This document shows, one piece after another, positions 1-11,400 of a DNA stretch of 64,000 bases; positions within the stretch are counted from its first letter, which is position 1, and each line of letters starts with the position of its first letter. The stretch comes from Hydrolagus colliei (Eukaryota). The notes beneath the pieces are model-generated. The model was not told the origin of the DNA, searched no databases, and saw only the letters and a list, made by a program, of their open reading frames with translations. The translations under genes were made by a program, and so were the position numbers. Location of the stretch: positions 41,602,001-41,666,000 of the forward strand of contig CM068746.1 of assembly GCA_035084275.1 (NCBI GenBank), given 5' to 3'.

Positions 1-2310
1 GGGGGCAGGTAACTGGGGGGAGGGGGGCAGGTAACTGGGGGGGGGGGGGCAGGTAACTGGGGGGGCAGGTAACTGGGGGGGAGGGGGGCAGGTAACTGGG
101 GGGGAGGGGGGCAGGTAACTGGGGGGAGGGGGGCAGGTAACTGGGGGGGGGCAGGTAACTGGGGGGGGAGGGGGGGCAGGTAACTGGGGGGGAGGGGGGC
201 AGGTAACTGGGGGGGGGGCAGGTAACTGGGGGGGGGCAGGTAACTGGGGGGGGGGCAGGTAACTGGGGAGAGGGCAGGTAACTGGGGGGGGGCAGGTAAC
301 TGGGGGAGGGGGCAGGTAACTGGGGGAGGGGGCAGGTAACTGGGGGAGGGGGGGCAGGTAACTGGGGGAGGGGGCAGGTAACTGGGGGAGGGGGCAGGTA
401 ACTGGGGGAGGGGGGGCAGGTAACTGGGGGAGGGGGGGCAGGTTACTGGGGGAGGGGGGGCAGGTTACTGGGGGGGGAGGAGGGCAGGTAACTGGGGGAG
501 GGGGGGCAGGTTACTGGGGGAGGGGGGGCAGGTAACTGGGGGGGAGGGGGGCAGGTAACTGGGGGGGAGGGGGGCAGGTAACTGGGGGGGAGGGGGGCAG
601 GTAACTGGGGGAGGGGGGCAGGTAACTGGGGGGGAGGGGGGCAGGTAACTGGGGGAGGGGGGCAGGTAACTGGGGGGGAGGGGGGCAGGTAACTGGGGGA
701 GGGGGCAGGTAACTGGGGGGGGGGGGGCAGGTAACTGGGGGGGAGGGGGGCAGGTAACTGGGGGGGGGGGGCAGGTAACTGGGGGGGAGGGGGGCAGGTA
801 ACTGGGGGAGGGGGCAGGTAACTGGGGGAGGGGGCAGGTAACTGGGGGAGGGGGGGCAGGTAACTGGGGGAGGGGGGGCAGGTTACTGGGGGAGGGGGGC
901 AGGTAACTGGGGGGGAGGGGGGCAGGTAACTGGGGGGGGGGGCAGGTAACTGGGGGGGAGGGGGGCAGGTAACTGGGGGGAGGGCAGGTTACTGGGGAGA
1001 GGGCAGGTAACTGGGGGAGGGGGGGCAGGTAACTGGGGGAGGGGGGGCAGGTAACTGGGGGAGGGGGGGCAGGTAACTGGGGGAGGGGGGGCAGGTTACT
1101 GGGGGAGGGGGGGCAGGTAACTGGGGGGGAGGGGGGCAGGTAACTGGGGGGGGGGCAGGTAACTGGGGAGAGGGCAGGTAACTGGGGGGGGGCAGGTAAC
1201 TGGGGGAGGGGGGGCAGGTTACTGGGGGAGGGGGGGCAGGTTACTGGGGGAGGGGGGGCAGGTAACTGGGGGAGGGGGGGCAGGTTACTGGGGGAGGGGG
1301 GGCAGGTAACTGGGGGGGAGGGGGGGCAGGTAACTGGGGGGGAGGGGGGCAGGTAACTGGGGGGGCGCAGGTAACTGGGGAGAGGGCAGGTAACTGGGGG
1401 GGGGCAGGTAACTGGGGGAGGGGGGGCAGGTAACTGGGGGAGGGGGGGCAGGTAACTGGGGGAGGGGGGGCAGGTTACTGGGGGAGGGGGGGCAGGTAAC
1501 TGGGGGAGGGGGGGCAGGTAACTGGGGGAGGGGGGGCAGGTAACTGGGGGAGGGGGGGCAGGTTACTGGGGGAGGGGGGGCAGGTAACTGGGGGAGGGGG
1601 GGCAGGTAACTGGGGGAGGGGGGGCAGGTTACTGGGGGGGGAGGAGGGCAGGTAACTGGGGGAGGGGGGGCAGGTTACTGGGGGGGAGTGCAGGTAACGG
1701 GGGGGAGGGGGGCAGGTAACTGGGGGGGACAGGTTACTGGGGGGAGGGCAGGTTACTGGGGAGAGGGCAGGTAACTGGGGGGGGGGCAGGTAACTGGGGG
1801 AGGGGGGGCAGGTAACTGGGGGAGGGGGGGCAGGTTACTGGGGGGGAGTGCAGGTAACGGGGGGGAGGGGGGCAGGTAACTGGGGGGGGAGGGGGGGCAG
1901 GTAACTGGGGGGGGAGGGGGGGCAGGTAACTGGGGGGGAGGGGGGGCAGGTAACTGGGGGGGAGGGGGGCAGGTAACTGGGGAGAGGGCAGGTAACTGGG
2001 GGAGGGGGGGCAGGTAACTGGGGGGGACAGGTAACTGGGGGGAGGGCAGGTAACTGGGAGGGGACAGGTAACTGGGGGGAGGGAAGGTAACTGGGGGGGA
2101 GTGCAGGTAACGGGGGGGTAGACGGGTAACTCGGGGGAGACAGGTAACTGATGGGGGGGGACAAGTAAGGGGTGGGGAGGGACAGGTAATTGGGGCTTAT
2201 GATAAGCAGGTAACTGGGTGGTGGGGAGAAGGTTTATCCGGGGACCACGCCAGGTAACCTGGGGACGATGATGACAGGTGGTGGGGGGGACAGGACACCA
2301 CAGGCAGGTG
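1..2310 (+). repeat. G-rich minisatellite, unit ~G(4-8)CAGGTAACTG(4-8)A, roughly 100 units, truncated by the window start
   Basis: Directly visible tandem array with core CAGGTAACT (variant CAGGTTACT) between variable G runs. It decays from ~2020 to ~2310. Confidence 0.97.
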
Positions 2311-2400
2311 CGAAATTATACATTTTTCATACACTACTTTCTTTCTTGCACATTGGACATAAGGTGACACGCTGATTGTTTTTTAGGTGCATGCGGAAAA

Positions 2401-2430
2401 ATGGATGATGACGACTTTGGAGGTTTTGAG
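2401..2430 (+). CDS. CCDC91: CCDC91 coding exon 1 (MDDDDFGGFE); exon starts at 2387 after a ttttttag acceptor
   Basis: ATG in strong context (aaaATGg), donor GAG|gtacgt, encodes the DFGGF GAE-binding motif. Confidence 0.95.
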
Positions 2431-5400
2431 GTACGTGCTAAACGTTTGGGTGCCGGGTCAGGCTCCGGCATCTTCCTGTGAAATCAAGCATTGTACACAT
2501 TCGAGGCTGTGGAAGCTCTTCAGTTCATTTTGTGGAATCCTATTTGACGTACAGTCTCAAGAGATGGTTTACAAAGCTCTGTTTGTGAAGTCTTATTTAA
2601 GTTTTCAATGCATTTGGATTGGAAAGTCATCGGGATAATTTCTGGGGTGAACTGTTTCTGATGTCCGACTTCCACAGTCGGGGGAGGGCATCCGCTCAGC
2701 TACCTTTGCAAAGGAATTAAGTGGAAAGAACTCCTGCCAAATCATACTCGTGAAGCTTTCATCAAGTGTGAGCTGGAGTACTGTGGACCCATTTGGCTCA
2801 GGGATAGGACTACCAAGACCACAACAGAGGTTGATTCAATTCTGATTTTCATTCAGCTCAGTCCTAAGAACATCCCTCTCAAGGAACGTAGTCACTAAGG
2901 ACGTGGTAGATAGGAAAGGCCTTGGGCGGGTGCAGTCAAACAAACAAACAAAACTTACATTTATATAGCGCCTTTCACGTTGAGAGGACATCCCAAGGCG
3001 CTGTACAGTCAGGTGGGACAAGAGCAGGGTGGGAAGGATCAGGGCAGGATAAAGCATAGTAGGAAAAGTAACTGTATATTAGTGGGCGAAACGCGGCAGC
3101 CAAATTGCGCACAGTCAGAGTAGAATGGAATGGAGAGCCCGCCCGCAAGATCCTGCGTTAGGATGAGTGGCGTGGAAGCTTGGAAGATGCCAGCAGCCAG
3201 GGTGCAATGTTTGAATTTGAGTTGGAGTTGGAGTGGATAGTTTAGAGGCATTGGAGCTTTGACAGTGAAAGCTTGACTCGTATCGGCTGCTGTGAGTTGT
3301 CGCAAGGTCAATCTAACAACATGTTTTCTCTTGTTAACTATGGTCCGGTACTGCATCTGCCCCCTCTAATACTCTTCTTGATCAGATAATTATCAAGTCC
3401 CTACTTTTTTATTTCAAAAGATGTAAATTGGCCAAGCATAAATTATTTTTGTAATAATAATAACGCTTGCATTTGCTATAACTCTTTATGTCATTGAGAC
3501 ATCACAAAGCGCTTCATAGAATTTACTTGACTGTGTATTTTGTGGGCCAATCATGACATTGAGTGTTTTTTTTTGGATGGATTTAAAAGAGTTCCTACTT
3601 TCTGCTAGGTAAACAGAGGAGTGTGGAGTAAGGAAACATGCGTAAGTTTCGCCCTGCCCGGGAATTGAGCCCGGGTCCTCTCTCTATTGCGAGGCAAGTG
3701 GAGCTAACCACTACGCTACGGGACTCCACTTTTAATGGAATTTTAATAATCTTGTAATGGGAGTGATTTCAGCTGAAATCAGGACATGTTTCCACAGCTT
3801 ATTTGTACAACGTGTGCCTCAAAGGCAGCACAGCACAAAAACACAACTGTGGATGCGTGAAATTTAAATTTCTCTTGGTTTTTTTTTTGCTGGTTTTTGT
3901 TTCTTTTATTTGGTCTACGCTCCCTCTGCGGGGAGAATTAGCCACTTAGATGTTGGCTGGAACCGCCATGTAGATGCCAATTTTGTTTTTTTTCACTTGG
4001 TGTTGAGGTTGAGTTCCAAAATGAGTGACTTGTGTTCATGGATGAAACATCCCATCAAGATATGACCTAAGAACATTTAATGTGCCTTTAACTGCATTCA
4101 GATGGACGAGTTGAAAGCAGCTTCCAAGTGCGCCCTGAGCTAGTTCTGAGCCACTTTCTCATCTTTCGTGCAGTTTGGCATTTTCATCCCGAAAACATTT
4201 TGATGACTGTTCATTCTTTTAATGAACCTTTTTTTTTATTTTGGAAGTAAGTCAGAGTGGCCAAACTGAACTGTTGCCTTATTTTGTTCAGGCAGCGGAG
4301 AGCTTTGAAGATGGGGAAGTGGGCACGCATTCAATTTCACCAGCAATCCCCTGGGCAGCATTTTCTGCAGGTATGTTAAATTGTGCAGACCAATTTGTTC
4401 TGTCCTGGGTCCTTTGGCGTATTTCTTGCTGTGATAGATAGCAAATTTCAGTTTAGACGCTTGTGCCTGCGTCGGAATCTGGATAAAGAATTCTCTTGGA
4501 TGAGCTGGATACGCTGTGGACAGAGGATCGACCATTGGAAACTAATCTAATGATCAGTGGAGTGCCTCATAAACACGTAAGCAGCTGTCAGCCAATGTCA
4601 CAGCCAATGTATTTTGTATTGTGTAACATTGTGATGGCTTAGCCTGTATTGTAGCATGGTTCATGTTCTATGCATGTACTCCATAGATAACAGATTGATG
4701 ATATGGGCACCTTGAAAACTAGGCATCATATCAGTGGTTTCACTTATTTTGATTGGACTTGTTCCTGATCATGCTTGTTTTTTGCAGAAACTTACAGAGA
4801 CAAAATCTCTTCATATCTCCCTCCCTTTCTCCTTGTCAGTCGCTATGCAAGCCTTCAGCCACTCTGTCCCTACCCTCTGGAATTTCATCCCGCAATCTCT
4901 CCCCCTTCGCCCCCTTCCTAGCATCCTTCAAGACCCGCCTAAAGACCCTCCCTTCCGATGGTCCCATTGGTCACCCCTAATCCCCTCTTTTCCCTCCGCC
5001 CTCCCCAATCCCGCCCCCAGCTCGGGTCTGAAACATTGTCCAGCGCCTTGGGAAGTCCTCCCAACGTGAAAGGCGCTATACAAATGTAATTTTGTTGTTG
5101 TAGTTGGAGCTTTTTGTCTAACATTTCTTATGTTCTTAACTTTCTGCTTGTTGCTCACTTTGCACAGGAAGCATTGTCAACATCTCTGAAGTCGGTTAGA
5201 AGTTGAATCCAGCCAAGAGCAATTTGCATTTAATTTTGTTTATTTTTTGGGGAGTCTCTCTGTGACAATCCCCTCCCTTACCTAACCAGTAAAGTCAGGG
5301 CAGGCCAGCATCCTTCAGCGCTGCTCTGAAACAAAGTTTTGGGGTAGGTGATAATAGCCCAATAGAGTCTTCCTTCATGTGAAAACAAGTCTGCCAACTT

Positions 5401-8400
5401 GTGCTTAGGTAGAGTGATTTGCTTAACAAGGCTTTGACTTTTATAGAACTTAAAGGGAAAAATAGCAATACAAAGTTAGCAATTATCGTGGTTGCTTAAC
5501 AAAGTGAACAAGTGCAAAAAGTATAAAATGTAATTGGATATCAAATGTGCAGGAATCTCACCTACCAGGGAGTGAAGTGAGGCTTCTACTTGCAGAAATT
5601 GTAACACATATCGGCAGTTCCCTGTTGCTGGTGATGTCACCACGGCTCTCACTTTGAACTTACTCTGAGAAATCGTCAGGTTGCCAGTGAAAGTATTGCC
5701 TTGTTTATATTGCTGGAAGTGATTTAGCATTACTTCCAGCAACAGAGAAATTCTTAGAGGGGAACAGGAATTGCGCTGCTCACTCCTTATCGCTCTGTGC
5801 AACATAAATACGACAACAACCGTACTTACATAGCACCCTGGCCTCTACACAGAGTAATGTATCAGAGTGCTTAACATTGGCGGAGCCTGACTCCAAGCGG
5901 GGTGGGGGGGACGTGGCTGTAAGCAAGTTTGAAGAGGAAGATTTTCAGGTGGGACTTGAAAAGCGGGAGAGAGGGGCAAGGCCAGAGGGTTTGAGGGTTT
6001 GGGGCCATGGTTGGCTGAAAGCGTAATCTCCGATGTTGGGGATGAGGGTGCAAACGGCTGGTGTCAGTCAAGCGCATGAACCAGGTGATGGATGGGGGAG
6101 TGAGGAGTCAGAGAGGTAGGTAGGTGTAAGCGAGGAAGTAGATGTGCAGAGCTCTGGTAACAATGTAGTGTCTTTGTACTACGTCTTTGTAGTGTTATTG
6201 AAGAGCCCAATCAACATTAATAACGAATGACCCATAAAAAGTCCACTTTTTTTGGCACTGGCGAACCAGTGTACAGTTGAGACTATCCTATCAGCTGGGC
6301 TTCCCTGCAGCATAAGCTGACACATATCTAAAAGACATGTTGTAGGAGGAGTCAACCACAACACATTACATATATATTTATAACTTTCATCTTGCAAGAA
6401 TGTACCAAAATATTTTGCACAAATGATTTGAATTGAGTGGGTTAGATGGAGTAGTGAATTGGATGGGTAACATGAGACAGGCTTGTGTCTGTTGAGTGAG
6501 GGGATGTTAGGGGAATTGCATCGCAGAAGCGGGATGGGACGAGACCTTGGAGACATTCACATTTGAGTAAAGGAATCTTGAATTCAATCTGCTGGGGGAT
6601 GGGGAGTCAGTGGAGGTGAATACGGTTTGTACTGATACGTTCATGGTGCTCAGCGCAGGAGAGGACACAGGCTTAGGGATAGTTGCCGAGGAAGCATGAA
6701 ATAATCGAGCCTGGAGGTGAAAAGCACATAGATGATGGTCAAATTTAAAATGATTCACCAGCTTTCCCCTTTCAAAAAAGCTATTCCAGTATCTGTTGAG
6801 TATTTGAGAGGCAGGTAAGGGTGCAGTGCCCCCTCAATCTTTCAACATACGTGAAGTTTCCTTTCTTTCTGTACTGGTTTCTTTCACCAATGGTTCCTGT
6901 TGCCCTCGCCACTGGGATCTCTGAAGCAAAACTGCTAACTCTGTAGCTTTCCATCAACCTTGATGAGTAATATTCCATCGTCTTGATCCCTCATTGCATT
7001 TTAAGAAACATTTGTATGGGAAATGCTGGGGTCAAGGGTGTAGCAATGTGAAGTCACGGCTGACTCCTGAAGGTTAACTGGGTAAGTGCCATGCTGGTTT
7101 ATGTTTTGCAGCATTTCACCACCAATGTCTGCGAGGACCCGCTTTGTGCAAACAGCAGCAGATTACATTGGTATAAAGCCTTTTATGTCGCTTATTGTTG
7201 CTCTGTTAACAGACAGCAGGACAATAGGATCTCTGATACGCAACCCCAGTGGTGTGATTCTGGCTTCTCGTGGGGAGAGGAGAATATACGTCAGGTCCTC
7301 TCCTGCACTGAGCTCCATGATTATATCAGTATGAACCACGCTCAACTCTGCTAGTTCTCAATCTCCGAGCAGAATGAATTCAAGATTCCTAATAATAATC
7401 CTTGCATTTTATATAGTGCCTTATCACGTTGTTAAGATGTCTCAAAGCACTTTACAGGATATATTATAAAGTAGATTGACTGTATGATGTGGACGAAACG
7501 TGGCAGCCAATTGCGCACAGCAGTGTCCCACAAACAGTCATGGATTGAGTGACCGTACTATTTATTTGGAATGCATTATTATTTTGAATGGTCTATGAAG
7601 TAAAACTTGTTTGATTTGCCCTCCAGCCATTGTAAAAAGCTCTGCCGCCTCTTATTATTACTATACAGGATTTGTTTTTAACAGGATTTGAAGGCAAAGT
7701 GAGGGAGCGTGCAGAATTGAATGAGGACACAAAGTGAAGGGATTTTGGGAAAGAGTATCAGAGAGCAAGGATTTAAGGCCTGAAATGCTCGACCACTGAT
7801 CCTGCAAACTGCGGTGTTATAGCTACTCGGCAAAACTAACTTGCCATTGTACTTTTGTGTAGTTTACAGTTCTTGATAATTTTTTGTAATGTGAACGGCA
7901 TAAATTGCCAAGATTTTGAAGCAACACCTGTTCCTGGCTTGGGGAAACAAAGTCTGATTATGCAGCAAGTGAATATGAGCCGCTCCAACGGAGCCCAGTT
8001 TATATTTATTAATTTTTGTGTGGAAAAAAAATAGCAAAATATTGGACAGCCACTTGGCACTGACAAGCATATTGGTGCCAATGATTGTGGAGAGTGCACA
8101 CATTTCATAGTACTATCCGATTACATCTGTTCTCTGGCAGTGGACATGCCCTATATCCTGTTTTCTGTCTTAACTTGAACTTTTATCGACCGCTTTTGTT
8201 CTTGGAAGGGATGGATTTGTCAAGCACAGCGACTGTTAAAAAATGGATGTGTGTAAAATTGTGGGGTGCAAGATAAGGTTCATGGGATCAGGCATTCCTA
8301 AGTCTTTCAGTGGTAAAGCATTCCTTTTATACAGTGAGGGAATCCCCATTGTAAAACCGTTGCAGGCAATTTTTTTTGATGCACAACAATGAAATGCTCC

Positions 8401-11400
8401 AAAAAGAGGTGAAACAGGAAGAGAGGGATTAAAGTTCATTCATACTCCACAACCAAGATTTTTTGTGGCCCCAATATTACCTGGTTACGTGACGTTCTGT
8501 AGCTCAGTGGTTAGAGCACTTGCAGTGAGAGACCTGGGTTCAATACCTGGCAAGGCGAAATCTTGGGCAAGTTTCATTACTCCACAAGCCTAAAAATAAT
8601 CCTTCAAAAAATATCAATGATAAATTGGTTACTTCAATCCACGACTGTTTGTGGAAAACTGCTGTGCGCAATTGGCTGCTGCGTTTCGCCCACAAATATA
8701 CAGTCAATTCACTTTGCAGTATATTCTATGAAGTGCTTTGAGATGTCTAGAAGACATGAAAAGCGCTATATCAAATGCAGTAACAAAATTGCACGTAAAA
8801 TGCCTTTCACGACAGAAGGATGCAAGGATTATTATTAATATTGTTACATCTGACATTTTTTCCTTCATTCACCTTTTCAAAAAATGTTGAAATGTTAAAG
8901 TCGGAAACCCAGTGAACCTCCAGGGCATTTTCATGAATGTGTCTCATGACGTTTGAACTCTCTTTTTGAGACAATTGCTAACCATGTGGTTCAGCGCTCA
9001 TATTATATTTGTTGCTTTGGGGGCAGGAGTGTTCAGAGTCTTTACTTTTGGGTTGCTGGGCAATTCTGGAACGGGACAGCCTAGTCGCACTCTCACATCT
9101 GGGTTAGAAAGTGATGGATTCAAGACCCATTTGGAGGTTATTGTCAAGGCTGACACTTTAGTGCAACATTGGAGGAACACTGTATTGTCGGAGGTGTCTT
9201 TGGATGAGATGATAAACTGAGGTCCCGTCTGCCTATTTAGATGGATGTTAAAGATCTCATTAGTACTATTTTTAAAGAGAAGGGAATTTCACTCTGTGTC
9301 CTAGCCAACATTTCCCAGATGAAATAGATTGTTAATTTCATGGCTGTTTGTGGGACATTGCTGTGCAAAAATTGGTTGCTGTGCTTGCCTGCTTGCCTTA
9401 ATCAATACACTTACAGAGAAGTTTGAAACTTTAGGAGACATGTTTTGGTCCTAATGGAGAAAGAGCGATCCATTATAAGGTTGCATAGATGTGAAATCAG
9501 AACCAAGGCTATCTGGGGGTTCATCTGACTCCCTCCTTCCACTTGGTAAAATCTGTCTCAAAACGTACCTCTTTGACTGGTTCCATCAGTCTTTTCTATC
9601 CACACCAGTTGGCATCCACACTCACTGGCTCCCACCCCCAAACTCGGCTCCCACTCAGCAGTGTCAAATAATTTGGCATATCCTCCTGACATTCAAGGAG
9701 TAGGGAGACATTATCAGGGTGTGGTGAAAGGGCAGGCCACTGGAATAAAAAATTCTACCAAGATGATAACCTTGCATTTGCTATAGTGCCTTATCAAGTT
9801 GCTGAGATGTCTCAGGGCGCTTCACAGAATATTCTGCAAAGTGAATCGCGTATTTATTGGCAAAACTCAGCAGCCAGTTGCGCACAGCAATTGTAGATTT
9901 AGTTTTTTTTTAGGGATTATTCTCTCTTGTGTTCCTCTCCTTCTGTTACTATGATTCTCATGAAGCTGAATTATATGTTCATCTTGTTGTCGGTGGTATC
10001 TTTCTGCTACTCAGCTAAGTGTGCCCTCCACACAGGGTAGCGTCTCGGAGTGCTTAACAGTGGCAGAGTCTGACTCCAAGTTGGGGGGGGAGGTGGCTGT
10101 GAGCACGGTCGAAGAGCAAAGTTTTCAGGTGGGATTTAAAAAAGGGAAGAAGGGGGGCAAGGGGGAGGGATTGAGGTAGAGTGTTCCGGAGTCTTGCAGT
10201 AGCTGAAAGTGCGACCTCTGATGGTGGGGCGGAGGGTGCGAGGAACAAGCAGGTGCCAGTTGAGCAGGTGGTGGTTGGTTGGGGAGTGAGGAGGTCGAAG
10301 AGGTAGGGAGGTGCCAGGGAGTGAATGGATTTGAACATGAGTGTGAGGATCTTGAAGTTGATCCGATCGGTGATGGAGAACAAGTGGAGCCTGGCTAGAA
10401 CCAGTGAGATGTGGGTATGGACCTTTGGTCCAGGTCAATATGCGGGCGCCAGAGTACTGAATGAGCTGGATCTTTTGAACAGTAGAGCTGGGAAGACCGA
10501 GGAGTGCGTTAGAGTAATCCAATCAGGAGCTGCAAATTGCTTGCACAACCTTAGCTTCACAGATGTTGGCATGAAGAATGATGTCTGGGATGGAGAGGGC
10601 TAGTTTGCCACCTCTGATGCATTTGATAATCACTGATAAGTACAATACGGATTTTTTAATTTATACTATTTGTTAAACTCCAATGGGAGTGGGGGTAGGA
10701 GGATTCTGTTTATTCGCTTTGTGTTGATATTGCTTCTATGTTGGTTTCATTTATCAAGACCATTAGGGGTGATCAGTAGTTTAATTGGGACGTCTTCATG
10801 ACGTGAAGTACTGTATACAAATGTAATTTGGTGTTGATTAGTTGAAACTTTAGTTGAAGTTTGCGGTGAAGGTCTGAGTTGCACAAATTTTATATTTCAG
10901 TCTGGCTTGGCGGTAGAATTGCCGTTCGGGTCTGTGAGTGGAACAGAGCAGTTCTTTTCAGTGAGCAGTTCCTAGAAACACTCCAACTTTTTTATTAAAA
11001 CCTTCTGCAGTTGGTTCAGTTGCTCCTTGCAATTCCCAGTTTATACATGAACAAATCAATAAGTGCTGACTTAAAAAAAAAGATATCCCCATTGGCATTC
11101 TCAGAGGAGGAAGTGATGAATATCAGGGAGAGAAATTGACCCAGGATTTAGGTTGCAAATCCATTGGCAGTTTACCCTGGACTTTGTCCATGGGTATCAG
11201 ATACGGTGCCAGTGTGTGAGTGCAGCCCCTCAGGTGTGGCTGGCTGCTGAAGTGTTACAGTTTGAAAACTCATGGGTATATGGCAGCAAATGGAGGTTTC
11301 ATTCTGAATTCAATCCAACTCACGGGGTTCCTACAATCAATGAACTGAGAATTGGTGGCATGCCTCTTAAAGGCTCAGTGTCTTGTTCCCAATCTACAAC

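Noticed and set aside
1-2160. CRISPR-like or telomeric array
   Set aside because: There are no unique spacers (only G runs), no TTAGGG units, and the context is a vertebrate intron.
1835-2164. Proline-rich 109-aa minus-strand ORF
   Set aside because: It is just the translation of the C-rich strand of the minisatellite.
8495-8565. tRNA genes at the SINE heads
   Set aside because: A/B boxes are present, but there is no intact cloverleaf and each head continues into a SINE body.
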